From Lingula anatina (lineage: Eukaryota; Animalia; Brachiopoda), in NCBI GenBank assembly GCA_051362555.1, contig CM120646.1:7316001-7380000 (forward strand): a DNA stretch of 64,000 nt, written 5' to 3'. The notes beneath the pieces were generated by a model. That model saw only the letters and a program-made list of their open reading frames with translations. It did not search any database and was not told the origin of the DNA. Made by a program: the position numbers and the translations under genes. Positions 1 through 12,877 of this stretch are shown piece by piece. How positions within the stretch are numbered: position 1 is the first letter of the stretch; the number at the start of each line of letters is the position of its first letter.

Positions 1-1069
1 GTATAGAAACACTGGATCAAGAGACAAATTGCCTCTGATGGGTCGTCCAAGAAAAAATACTGGCCGTGAAGACCGACGACTGATTTTGATGTCCAGGTTG
101 TCAAAGTTCGACACTGCTTGTCAGTTGACAACACAGTGGAACAATTTCACACATAAGAATGTGTCTGTGAAAATTGCTAGGCGTCGGTTACATGCTCAGA
201 GAGTGTACAGCAGGGTAGCAAGACTGAAACCTCTTATATCGTTACAAAACAGGCAACGTAGAGTAAACTAGGGTCAACAGGATCTGGAACTGGACAGTTC
301 ATGACAATTGGTCCTATATATTTTTTCTGATGAGTGTCGCTTTGGTCTGACCTCTGATGACAGACGGGTACTATGCTGGCAAACTGCTGGTAAAGCATTT
401 GAACCACATGCACTGAATTTTCGAACCCGGAGCAGCATATTCATCATGGTGTGGGGCTGCATCAGCATCCATGGCTTGGGAGAATTGATAGTGGTTAATG
501 GAAACATGAATCACTAGAAATATATCGATGTTTTGGAGTCAGGCTTGCTACCATCTATTACTAACATGTTTGGTGAAAGGAATTATCCATCTGTTCACCA
601 GGATGACAATGCTCCTTGTCACAGGCCCAGAGCAGTTGATGATTGGTTTGACCAACATGACATTCGCAAGGTGATGTGGCCTGCCCAGAGTCCGGATACA
701 AACATAATAGAAAATGTGTGGAATGATATGTCAAAACTTTTTACAAATGCCCGTCTAACCAGCAGAGAAACTCTGTTATATTCAGTGTTTCATGCTTGGG
801 CCAGCATAAGCCCTGAACGCATCAGACAATTATACGAATCCTTGCTTCGTAGACTGGCACCTATTATTAGGTCACGTGGCTATGCCACTAAGTACTAATT
901 TTGGACTTGAAACTACATATTTTTTTAGAATGTATATTTTGTTCTCATTTTGTGATTTTTTGTGAAATTTGATGTTAATAAAATGATACCAGGAGCATAT
1001 CATTCCACAGTCATTTATCTCCCCCGTAGTATTGGCTCAGTAGGGGTGACACTTCTTTTGTCCAGTGTG
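1..1069 (+). mobile_element. Tc1/mariner (DD34E) DNA transposon, decayed; 5' end lies outside the window
   Basis: ORF pieces 29-271, 308-517 and 533-898 are in one frame, split by premature stops. They show GRPR, FSDEC, VWGCI, QDDN...(34 aa)...IENVW and WPAQSPD, ending RGYATKY*. The right TIR-like end is ...GACACTTCTTTTGTCCAGTG (~1048-1067), followed by TA. Confidence 0.93.
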
Positions 1070-1265
1070 TGTATGTCATCGCAATTTTTCGATTAGATAG
1101 GCGTAAAACTTTTGATAGTATTTATTTCTGCATAACAATATCGCTTTTTTAGCATGTCACATATGTACAGTTCAGTGTTCATTAAGACAGCAAGAGTACT
1201 GTTTTTCGGTGAAATATATGTTCGCAGTTCAGAGTGTATATTCGGTCTGCAGTGACAATCTTTCC

Positions 1266-2364
1266 TTACATGAGACATGCATTCTGACAGTCTTCCAAAG
1301 TTTTAAACCTATTGGCATTCCCTCCACATCCCCCGTAGATAAACGTCTCACACTGGCCGGTCTTGCTGTTGAAGAAGTAACTTGGCATATAGGCTTTGCA
1401 CAGCCCGGGGACTGCTGGAAGCTCGCAGATTGCTAAAAATTTTAAAAGGGTATTCTTTAGTTGATACAAAATGCTTGGCTGTAGTCTAACTTGTCAGTCA
1501 CACATTTCTTTAATTACGAAAACTGATGTCTGGAATGATATCTATACTGGGGCTTCGCAAATTGATTCCCGTAAGGCAGAGTATCTCTTATACTTGTTCC
1601 ACCTGATTTGGCTAATCTCTGGCATATTTGCACATAAAAAACTCTACCTAATGAGACAATGGCGTTCTGTAATATGCTTTTCTACATTATATATTTGTTA
1701 AGGAATATATCACCATAATACCACGCACTAAGAACTTTAATTGGGCTGGTGATAAAGTCTACGTGTACAATGAAAATAAAAGCAGTATAACCAGTACTTC
1801 TGTAAAATAACTAAACTGTGTCGCCCCATGAAGCAGGAACAATTTTCCAATTGTCTGATAGCTTTTTCGAATTTAATATAAAGAAATGTCGGAATTGGTG
1901 CTTTATTGAGAAAACGGATAGAAAGTACTTACGAACACAGCGGGGTTCGGGCTGTGGACATGGCGCCTTTATACACATGACTTTGTCCTGAACGCACGTT
2001 TCTCCTGTAGGGCAGTCCATCGTCTAAGAGTAAAATTATTGAACGCCATTGAGGTTTTCATAAACAGAAACGAACATTTAGCAAATATTTTGACCATCAG
2101 TTTATTTCGTATAAGTAACGTCACCTACCGAACAGTCAAGCTTCTCAACTGCAACGCAGTGTGCACCACGGAATGTCTCTACGCATTTATTACCCGAAGA
2201 GCACTTAACAACCTGCAGATTGAAATAATTTCTACATCATTTACACAATACACATTTTATACAAATGGACAAAGCATCTGACCTGATAATTGAAGAATGA
2301 TTATTTGAAAAGAAGAATGTTTTAAAAAGTATATATTCTGGCTTTTTTATTTATTTATTTATTT

Positions 2365-2408
<44 letters not shown>

Positions 2409-5400
2409 TATATTTTTTGTCTCTAAACTAAAGATATGCATTTATAATTAAGGAAAACGCAAATTAATCTTCTCACCTGACAAGTTGTAACACATTTTGG
2501 AGAAGGAAAGGTGACACATTTCTGGCCAGCAAAGCAGGTTACAGCAGCCTGGGTACGGAAATACAGCTTATGACTACTAATGTAAGCATAATCAATATAA
2601 GTTGTTTTTTTTATTTCATTTATTTAATTTCCTATAATCGTAACACGTTTCCCATTACGTGTGCAGGTGACAATCGTCACATATATAGCCCTAATACTAC
2701 GACTACATGTAACCCTAAACTGTACAAATCATATGGGACCCCAGACTTTCATTCCTAGAACAAACTTTCTTGTCACACCGGTCTCCGCGACAATTTGTTT
2801 TTTCAATCTGGGTTTGACGTCAATGGCGTAGTCTCAAGAATAGTTTGGTACACTACCACAATGGAAGGTTATCAGATTTGTCCTAGTTTATGCCAGAGGA
2901 AAAATTAATGAAGTCTCATAAACGATACCATCAATATATAAGGTCATTATTCCAACACTGACGAAAAATGCCAACATTTAGACAGTCTTCAGGTATAGCC
3001 GACTTTTTTGGACAACAGTGTGCGAACAAACAAAAGCGACCAAGATGTCGACAGCTACTGCACTGAGAGATAATGCTGCCACTAGATCACATAAATCACT
3101 GAACCTTTCACAATTCATTTTCGATGTCAAGTTGACTCACAAATCAAACCAACCATATCCAACAAAGGCCACGTGTACCATAATTAGGCCTACTGCACAG
3201 CCAAGCGATACGAATAGCTCATGGACGCAAAAAAATCACACAAACAAAAAAACGTTCGAAACAAGCACTTGTTAATACTTACACAACCAGCAGGCAGTAC
3301 CTGTAAAGAGAAACAAGAACAACATAAGTGTGTGCTATAACGATAATAATTGGCAATAGGAGCGCATTCATCGATAAAATCAGTAGACGTGTTTCGAGCT
3401 CGATGTTTTTATCGACGTTCGGTTTTAAGGACATAATGTGTGTTAGAAATTTATGTAGCACACAATTAATTTTCCTAGAAAATACTTGTTATGGTATACT
3501 GATAAGATTCATTTACTTGTGGATGGCTGGTTGTTTTTTATCGATCTTCAATTTTGGCTTTGATTGCTTCGTATAATATTCTTGGAGATTTCAACACTTC
3601 TCCCTTGATCATCAAGCTATTTATGTTTACTTCAATTTGTGTTTATATATGTCACTCCAGTAATAATGGATATAGAGACTGGTGAATTCCACTTGTGACG
3701 ATAAAAATCAGAAACTCGGAAACTGGTTTATGGCTTGAAATTTCCTTACCGGTTTTATTTTGGATAGCATATACTTCTGTGATATTGAGGAGCATTTGCT
3801 GTAATTTACAGATTATTTTTCACTCTGTTTTATGACCAGCAAGTTTGTTGCTAGTTAACCAATTTACTTTTTTGTTTCTTGCATACTCATTTTTTCATCA
3901 CCCTCTCAACCCGCCAAACCAGATCACAGTCATCACAGTCACAATTTTAAAACAAAAAAAGGAATGGCAATATTGGCAGATGTGTCATTTATAATACCAC
4001 CTTTATAATCAACTAGGCCACATTAAAAATAATCATATTATGTTTAGAAGGATCAGTTGCACGTTGTGTCTATTTACAATCAGAGTTGACAAACTGGCAA
4101 GTTTAAGCATTGAAATAAAGGATGGTTGTTTATATAACTGTCACGCTGCGGTCGCGGTCAGCTTTTTCTGAGCTTCTGTCACTGCACACTAGCTTTGTAT
4201 TTTTTCTCTGCGACAAATGACCCATCGTACAGTCATAGTTAAAGAAAAAAAGTAAATATACCACCTTTGAAATTTGGTTTTAAAAAGAATCATAGTATGT
4301 ATAAAAAAAGTCTGTTGCGCATCGTGTGTCTATATTTAAACTATTTGACAACATGACAAGTCTAGGCATTGAAATTTAGAATGGATTATAGTGGTTGTTA
4401 ATATAGCTGTCACGCTTTGGGACATACTAGTTTTTTTCCGAGTTTCTATCACAGCACACTGGCTTAGCATTTTTAAATTTTTTAGCTTTGGGACATACGA
4501 CCCCGCGTGCAGTCACAGTTAAAAAATGCAGTTAAGATACCATCTTTAAAATCCAGCTTCAAAGAGAATCATATTATGTATAAAAGGTCTGTCGCGCATC
4601 GTGTGTCTATTTATAATCATAGTTGACAAACTGGCAAGTCTAAGCATTAAAATAAAGGATGGATTATGGTGGTTGTCTATATTATTGTAACTTCAAAAAG
4701 AATCATATTATGTATAAAAAGCTCTGTTGTGCATCGTGTGCCTATTTATAATCAAGGTTGCCAAGATGACAAGTCTAGGCATTGAAATATAGGATGGATA
4801 AGAGTGGTTGTTAATGTTACTGTTGCGCTGCAAGACATGCCAGTAGAGCGTTTTGTATGTTTCTATCGCTGCACAAGAATCGTTGAAAATGGCGCACGTG
4901 AAATGATGACCGTGTGCACGTGTCAACGGAACGGAATGTGTAGCAGATGTTTCTCAAATAATATCACTGTATAGTCTGTCATTGGCACATACGCGTATAA
5001 TTTGTTATGGCCGAATTTTCTGCCCTCAATATATATTAATATGTATATATTCAATATATATTAATATATACCAGCTATTTATATAGAAGTGGAGCATGAG
5101 GAATTACTTAAACGTTATTTGTTGCATCTTAAATTCATGGGCCTACCTGTATTACCGATCCTGTGCTAAAGTGATTAATTGTCATCATAAGATATTATTA
5201 AAACTAAGAAGTATAAATCATATTTAATAATAGTATTTTTATAGAATAAGCATTAAAATATATCATTTTTTTTCTTTTTGGCCGGCCTTAACACGACGTA
5301 ACCTGAGACAGTCACCTTACATCTGATGGTGTTATTACTTTTCGTTTAAGAAGGACATAAATGCATTGTGCTACTGCAACCTCCCATGAGATTATATAAA

Positions 5401-5648
5401 CCGCCTATTTTCTTGTTTTATTAAAATATTTTATTTTATTATTTATTTTTTCTTTTGTCTATGACATGAACTGAAAACAAAGTAAAGGCCTTTTTATTTG
5501 CCCAATTGCTCCTTTATGCGATAATTTCATCAAAATCGTGACACATATCTCAACACTAAATATAAGCGCGCGCGAGAGAGAGACTTACCTTTCCCTGCGC
5601 CGAGCAAATAATCAGCAAAACTAAACCAAGAGTTACAGTTGCTGTCAT
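1266..5648 (-). CDS. Secreted Cys-rich (3 FOLN-like modules) + Kunitz/BPTI protease inhibitor-like protein, copy A (~163 aa)
   Basis: Six GT-AG exons in continuous frame: 5589-5648 ([20 protein letters not shown], signal peptide), 3283-3300 (VLPAGC), 2477-2548 ([24 protein letters not shown]), 2129-2212 ([28 protein letters not shown]), 1933-2023 ([30 protein letters not shown]), 1266-1432 ([55 protein letters not shown]). The last exon has six Kunitz Cys and the [13 protein letters not shown] signature. Confidence 0.9.
3985..4870. repeat. Degenerate tandem repeat (core ~125 bp, spacing ~130-280 bp) in intron 1 of Kunitz gene A
   Basis: AAGAATCATATTATGTATAAAA...GCGCATCGTGTGTCTATTTATAATCA..GTTGACAA recurs near 4025, 4285, 4562 and 4695. 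Two copies also occur in the homologous intron of copy C (~22487, ~22768). Confidence 0.75.
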
Positions 5649-5736
5649 CTTGAGTTTCCCTCTATATCCGTACGTAGACAACGTTATTCTGCTTTTTGTG
5701 CTGATGACGTGTATAAAGCCTTGTCTCTCTTCGTTC

Positions 5737-5808
5737 TATTTATATATAGCGCCCCGTGGCTTATTTGCATGGCAGGCTAAGATCCGGGTCGGCTGCATCG
5801 TCACGTGA
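5737..5808 (-). promoter_or_regulatory. Proximal promoter of Kunitz gene A (TATA box, octamer-like ATTTGCAT, E-box TCACGTGA)
   Basis: TATATATAAATAG on the minus strand ~90 bp upstream of the ATG; ATTTGCAT at 5763-5770; TCACGTGA at 5801-5808. TATA and E-box are conserved in copy C (23651-23662, 23716-23723). Confidence 0.55.
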
Positions 5809-7369
5809 TCTTCTTTATTTCCCTGTTACAGAGTTAGGAGTGGTAAAGGTAGCGATATTTGAATTGTGATGACAATAACAGATAAAACCCGCTTCCGAGA
5901 AAAGTAGTGCATAAACACGCTTAAATTGAGGAAACATAAGATAGTCAGAAACGGAACCAGGAAGGACAGGTGTCTTGGTCTTTCACTAAGCTTCCGAGGT
6001 ACCCTTTTTTACCCCCACCCTCCTTAAAAACAGGGCAAAAATCAAAATAAAACAAAACCAAGCTACCACTTTGTTCTGCACGTTATGGTAAAATATCATT
6101 CGTTCATGCTTTTATATTAAACCTCATGAAATTGCATATCCCTACCTTCCTTGAGCCAAGTCCTGGAACTGCCAGCTTTATGCTGTGCCGTTTTATCCTC
6201 TTGCTGAATAATTAAGGCAAAGGCGAGTCTACTTGGATAGCAGCACTTCTGTACGTCAGCTTTTTATTTATATATATATTTAGTTAGTTAGTTAGTTAGT
6301 TAGCTAGCTAGCTAGCTAGTTATTGTTATCTGTAAACATTGTGAAAAGGAGATGTTTTCTAATATCTAGAAGTTTTCTATCAGGACACCGAGATCGAATC
6401 GAATCGAATCTTTTTTTTTTTTTTTTTTGCTCGATTGATATCTACCCGGTAAAGTTATAATTAACTCATATTACCTTTAAAGGTTAATATGGCCTTTTAC
6501 TGGTGCGAGCAATCCACCGGTTTTTATGGCTTTTTAGAAAGGCACCCTAATAACCAACTGTCAATTTGTGCTATAACTCATTCCATTTCTTTTAAACCAC
6601 ACACCAAAGCACACTCCTAGCACGAGATCTATTTCTGAATTTCGTTGGTTCGTGATATACAGCTCCAGAAAATCGATTTTTTCCTTGCTTCTAAATAAAA
6701 CGTCGTGACTGGTGACTGGGCGGTGTTACATGTACACTTAGGTTTGAATCCGCATTCTTTGTAACCGCTTGAGTGATAGAACGTCTGAGGTACATGTAGA
6801 CGGTACGATTATACACGGGGAGATTATATTGTGACTACATGAAATAACGAATACAAGGTGTATCACTGCAACATTAAAAGACAATATATCAGTTTCTTGT
6901 ACCATAACACAAGTATCTGGGTTTTGTGCTCTTTCATGTAGCGGCCTTTTCAATGCCAACGTATTTACAGAAGAGAGATATCGAGATACTTTTTCTTACA
7001 TTTAAAACTATAATTAATCTAATATCCAACTCATATTTCCTCGTGGGGTGCAACTCCTGAGATGCTTTGCTATCACAATAAAACATGTGGACGATTTATT
7101 TCGTCGCACCTTTAAACTTGTTTTGACTATAATATATACGTGACCACTAATACCACAAATTAAAAAAAAAAACGTGTTGGAGAGGCCATCAAGTGTTACT
7201 GTTAGCTAAATATTACGTGGCAGTGTGTATGACATAAACAAGTACAATGCAACAGTACACCACCAGAAAAGAAAATGCTACGCACTTGTATGCTATGTGT
7301 ATGCTACACACGAGCAAAATTAAATACACGTCGTTCCACTCACATAACCTTGTGCATAGCACATCTTAA

Positions 7370-7738
7370 AGGGATAATAACTCTTCGTATGAGATCTGTA
7401 TTTCGCGATAAAAACATTGTAAACAACTCATAGAAATAAAGTATATTCTGTTTTACCACGAAAACGGCAGTTATAGCTATTATTCTGATATCTGAGCTTG
7501 TCATCGGACCACCCGACCCCCACAGATGGCTATGCTCTGTTATAATCTCTTATGATTTGTGGTATAATCTCTTAAGAGATTATTACAAAAAAATCAATTT
7601 TTTTAGAAAAAAATCCCTAGGGACTAACTTTGAATGTAGAAATGGATTCATTAACCATTAGTAAGTACATGTATAAGAAAATTGTTGTTTACTCCAAAAT
7701 TTTTTTTTTTTTTGCCAAAACGAACAGTTATTATCCCT
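7370..7738. mobile_element. Non-autonomous TIR element with TTAA TSD (Kolobok-like AG..CT ends)
   Basis: TTAA|AGGGATAATAACT...AGTTATTATCCCT|TTAA. It is absent from the homologous site in unit C (~26775), and an inverted relative lies at ~15944-16316. Confidence 0.75.
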
Positions 7739-8318
7739 TTAATCAAATTGATATGTCACTTGATATATGTGTCACTCATTCAACATCATTTATTTATCTA
7801 TTTCAGAGTCATGTGAAAAAACCCCAGACACTTGACACCAGACAACCATACGACATTTAGAGAGTATACTACCTAGTACGTACTTCTTTTTGTCTGAAAT
7901 CAAAAATCTTAACTAAAAATTAGCAAACTGCCTCAATTTTTCCCATTTCATAATCCAAAGAAATTTCATATTTACTTCATTCACAAAATATACATTTTTC
8001 ACATGACACTGTGAGACATTGGAAAAGTGGAAAAGGTGTAAATACTATAGTAAATGCATGTAGGAGTTCTAAAGGCTGATAGTTTCTTACCTGTACATGA
8101 ACAATCAAGTTTTCTTTAATTTGCTTTAAAGCCATGCCTACACCATTAAATATTATCCTACAGAATTTATTTCCATCTGTAAAATGCGACATTTATGTTC
8201 TTGTATAAAACAAGCCATAGACCCCCTAGCTACTGATCTGAGCTGGGGCAGAAAAGTTCATTCTGAAATCCCAACTTCAGAATGAACTTCAGAAAAGTTC
8301 ATTCTGAAGTTGGGATTT

Positions 8319-8497
8319 CAGGCTCGTAGCTGGGGAGGGGGGGGGGGGTAGGATGGTTCGAAGGAACCCCCCCTTTTTGCCAGGAAAAGGTCCCCTCTGG
8401 TTAAAAAAATTCATCTAGAGACATGAAGGTTTCATGGTAAGAGGTCCACTCTTTCAGAAAAAGAACCACCCCTTTGAAATTGCTGGCTACAGGCCTG
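8319..8497. mobile_element. ~180-bp MITE with CAGGCCCGTAGCC-type TIRs and 5-bp TSD (GATTT)
   Basis: TIRs CAGGCTCGTAGC / GCTACAGGCCTG flanked by GATTT on both sides. Family members at 16909-17078, 25880-26058, 27281-28447 (split by a LINE), ~34011-34163, ~35635-35771 and ~54190-54268. Confidence 0.8.
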
Positions 8498-8823
8498 GAT
8501 TTGCTGTGCTTTTTGCATTCGATAACGATTACATGTGTTCAGGGGGTCCTAGGTAACATCTGAGACCAAATACTAAGGTATGCCTGAGAGCTCTTAGACC
8601 GCGACACCGCCATTGGTAAAAGAACAGACCGAGGTACAACCAAGAAACCCGAGTTTCTAGTATCAAAAAGTGGGGAAAGTCTTATATATATTGCAAATGG
8701 ACATTACATAGACTTCAAACAATTGCCAGGATATTGTAGCGAGCATATCAACAGTGGAGCCCTGTCTTCTGCCCTGTGAATACTGTGAGATTTTGTTTCA
8801 CTTAATGTGTCTCTTTATGCCGG

Positions 8824-9063
8824 TGTAACATGAAAATCTGACTCCCATGAAAATCTGACTCCCCCAGTCAAATAAAAATCAGACTCCCCTCTGACTCTCC
8901 ATTGTGCATACTACAAGATAAAAGTCATACACTCAAATAAAATAAGATTTATAAAGTTTTGTGGGGGGGGGGGGAGTAAAAATTTCGTGGGGGGAGTCAC
9001 ATTTTCATAATGAAAATCTGACTGGGGAGTCACATTTTGTCGGAATCAGATTTTCATGGTACA
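8824..9063. mobile_element. Non-autonomous Ginger1-like element (TGT..ACA TIRs, CCGG TSD)
   Basis: CCGG|TGTAACATGAAAATCTGA...TCAGATTTTCATGGTACA|CCGG. The empty site with a single CCGG is in unit C at 28821-28824. Confidence 0.75.
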
Positions 9064-9966
9064 CCGGAATTAAGTCTGGTTAAAAGCCTTATGTCATAAT
9101 GTGGTTAAAGAACAACTTGAGAACCTTATATGGTGAAGTATGGCTAAAATTTGCTTTTTGTTACTAAACAAAGAACAAAAGATATAACAAAACTCATTAG
9201 TATAAGTTCAAAAATCACATCAATCCACATGAGCTTTGTTAAAATTATACAAGTGGATGGTTAAAATGACATTAATTCACCTTTCAAAATTAATAAATGT
9301 GATAATTTTGGTAAGGTTGTTAGTTTAGTATGTTTCCTTGTATTCTTGTTAATCTATAAGTTAAATCAAAGGAATGGGTATTAAAAACACCACAATCTTG
9401 TAGTCACTTTGTTTTTATTGGCCATATAAGCTAGGGCATTCTACATATGAAATGAAATGAAAATTCGGAATGAGAGAGGAGAGTGCAAAGAATGACCGAT
9501 CAACCCGTTACTTTTGATATTCTGGAGACAAAATTACATAATTCACTATAAACTGTACAATGTCATACTGTGAATAACACGACGCCCATTGAATGTTATT
9601 ATATCTGTATTATTACTTATAAAAATTAAACATCTGCTGGTGCACAAACTACTGTTAAAGTCGGGGAACATCTCACATATTATTACGTTAATGTTCATAC
9701 ACGTAACTAAAAACAATGAATATACAAATAAATCCCAATACAGACTTCGAAATGTAGATATATCTGAAATATAAAGCTGAATAATCTTGAAACTACATCA
9801 TCGCAATTTTTTCTTTCAGATAGAAGTAAAACTTATTGAAAGTTTTTTTTTTTTTTTTTCTAAAGAACAATATCACTATTTTCAGGTCGGTCACACTTTT
9901 AGAACTCAATGTTCATTTAGACAGCATCAGTGAATCATAAGCTCGCAGTTCAGAGTGTATATGTCC

Positions 9967-12877
9967 TCACTGTTTGCATTCACGCCAACAGTCCTCCAAA
10001 GTTTTAAAGTTATTGACATTTCCTCCACATCCCGAGTAGATAAACGCATCACACTGCCTGGACTTGCTGTTGAAGTAGTACCGAACCGCATAATCTACAC
10101 ACCACCCTCGTTCTTTTGGATGCTCACAAAGTGCTAAAATTTTTAAATGGGTAACTAAAAGGGTGTTTAATAGCTATATAAAACAATGAAATAAAATCTG
10201 ACTTGGCAGTCGCATTTTTAATAAAAACCAATAATAATTTTGTCCGGAGTGCCATCTACTGGGGCTTCGCAAGTAAGCAGGGTATCTCTTATCCTTGTTC
10301 AATCTTTTTTGGCTATTTATCACATAAAAACTCTACCTAATTAGACTGTGACGTTCTGTTACATGCCGGAGCACATTATATGCAAGTACTAGTTAAAGAA
10401 TATATCACCATAATATCACGCACTGTGAACTTTAATTGTGATTGTGATAAAGTCTACATGTACAATGAATACAAAAGTAGTATGACCAGCACTTCTGACA
10501 CTCCCATAAAATAACTTTACTTTGTTGGCCCATGAAGCAGAAATAAGTTTTAAATTATGTCTGATAAGTTGTTCTGAATTTAAATAAATGACGGAAGATG
10601 TGCTTTCTCGAAAAAAAAGAAAGAATAACTTACGAATATGGCGTGGATGGCGCTGAGCACAATTGACTTTGCCCTGAACGCACGTTTCTCCTTTAGGACA
10701 CTTCATCGTCTAAAAGCAAATCATTAAACACCACTGAAAACCAGTTTTCTACCAAAGTATTCATAAACAGAAACGGAAATTAAGCAAACATTTTGACAAT
10801 TAGTTTATTCTGTACATTCGTATTTGTATGGATAGCGTCACCAACCGAACAGTCAAGCTGATTTAACTGATTTATAAACCAATATATTTATTTAAACAAT
10901 ACATATTTTAATATTATCAAAAATAAATTCATTTTGAGGAAAATATATAGATATTGAATCTTATAAAAATTTGCACAAGCAAACAAGCAGCTGATCTGAT
11001 AATTGAATGATTATTTGAAAAGAAGAATGCATAGGAGTTTATATTCTAGCATTTTTCATTGTCTCTAAACTAAAAATTACATATATTTCCTAAATGAGAA
11101 ATGTGCAGTTATAATTAAAGAAAACACAAATCTTTTCACCTGACATGTTGAAACACATCTTGGATAAGGAAAGGTGACACATTTCTGGCCAGCAAAGCAG
11201 GTTACAGCAGCCTGGGTATAGAAATACAGATGCTTATATGTTCGATGCACATTTTATAGCCAATACATACAAATGCCAGCATAATCAAGTTTTCTACTTA
11301 TTTCATGTATTTTATTTCGTATAAAAAACTCCAAGTCCGGTGTGACAGGAATGGTAGACGACTAAGAATCATAATTCGGTCTCCATTACTTTGTCCAGGT
11401 GACATTTATCTTATATGTAGCCCCAATACTACGGCTACATGTAACCATAATCATATGAGATCCTGGACTTCCATTCCTAGGACTACTACCATTCCTGTCA
11501 CCGATCTCTGCAACAATCTGGTTCTCATTTCGAAGACATTGGCGTGGTCTCAAGAATAGTGTGGTACACTTCCACAATAAAAAGAGTTGAGATTTGGCCT
11601 AGATTATACCAGATTATACCAGAGATAAAACTAATGATGTATTATAAACGATACCATCAACATTTAAGGTAATTATCCCAACAATGACTAAAAAAGCAAA
11701 TAATTCGGAAACTCATCAGGAACGTGTAACAGACTTTTTGGACAACAGCGTTTGTAGAAACAAAAAGCGACCAAGATATTGACAGCTGCTGCACTGAAAG
11801 ATAATGTGCACTAGACCATGTGGACAGACTGAACCGGTTCGCCTTTTGCCATAATTGCTCTATGTCAAGTTGACTTGGAAATCAAACCAACCACACCAAA
11901 TATTCATGTACCATACAGTATAAGGTCAAATGCTTCAGCTATGGTACTACACAGCCAAGCGTACGAATAGCTAATGGACACAAGAAGATTCACACAAACA
12001 AAAAAAAAAACCAAAACAAGCACTTGTTAATACTTACACAACCAGCAGGCAGTACCTGTAAAGAGAAACAAGAACAACATAACGATAACAATTGGCGATA
12101 AATTCAGCTGACGTGTTTCGAACTGTGTGTTGTAATCGACGTTCGGTTTTAAACCTTTTTTTACCCCACCGCCTTTTAGAACAATGCAAAAATCGAAATA
12201 TGAAAAACCCAAGCTACCTCTTTGCTCTGCATTTTATTGATTATTGATTGATTACTGATCCGGATCACCACCAAAAACTATTCATCTCTTCCTTGGCCCA
12301 CTTCTGACAGTTTCTGAAAACTTCATCAAAATCGGTTCACAACTTTATGAGTTATGTTGATGACAGACAGACAGAAAGACAAACAGAAACAAGGGTGAAA
12401 ACATAACCTCCTTGGCGGAGGTAAAAAAACTGCAGCAAATTCAGAATATTTCATCCCGTCTTTAATCCACACAGCCAGGGAGACTCATATCACACCCATT
12501 TTAAAGCAGTTGCATTGGATCCCTGTTAGAGCATGCATTTTATTAAATTCTTTTTAAACTTTTATGCATGCAATTTTCTACCAATACGCACACCCGTACC
12601 TACAAAAACTAGTTCATCATTATGCAACAAAATGTAGTTTAAGATTGCTTGACCAAATTGAGCTCATGCCATTTGATGCCAGAACTGGAAAACAATTAGA
12701 GACCTTTCATTTACCCAATCACTCTTTTAAGCAGCAATTACATCAAATCGTGAAGCTGCACAATATATCTCAACACTAAAATTAAAGTGTACAAGTGCAC
12801 GCGAGAGAGAGTCATACCTTTCCCTGCGTCGCGCAAATAATCAGCAAAACAAAACCAAGTGTTACGGTTGCTGTCAT
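9967..12877 (-). CDS. Secreted Cys-rich + Kunitz protein, copy B (~130 aa; exon 4 deleted)
   Basis: Exons 12818-12877 ([20 protein letters not shown]), 12038-12055 (VLPAGC), 11140-11211 ([24 protein letters not shown]), 10634-10709 (TMKCPKGETCVQGKVNCAQRHPRHI), 9967-10133 (PLCEHPKERGWCVDYAVRYYFNSKSRQCDAFIYSGCGGNVNNFKTLEDCWRECKQ*). The frame is intact. Candidate polyA signal AATAAA (minus) at 9414-9419. Confidence 0.8.
12232..12424 (-). mobile_element. Partial Helentron-associated (HINE/DINE-1-like) element
   Basis: Near-identical to 14335-14530, with the (GACA)n microsatellite and the ACCTCCTTGGCGGAGGT terminal palindrome. Confidence 0.7.
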
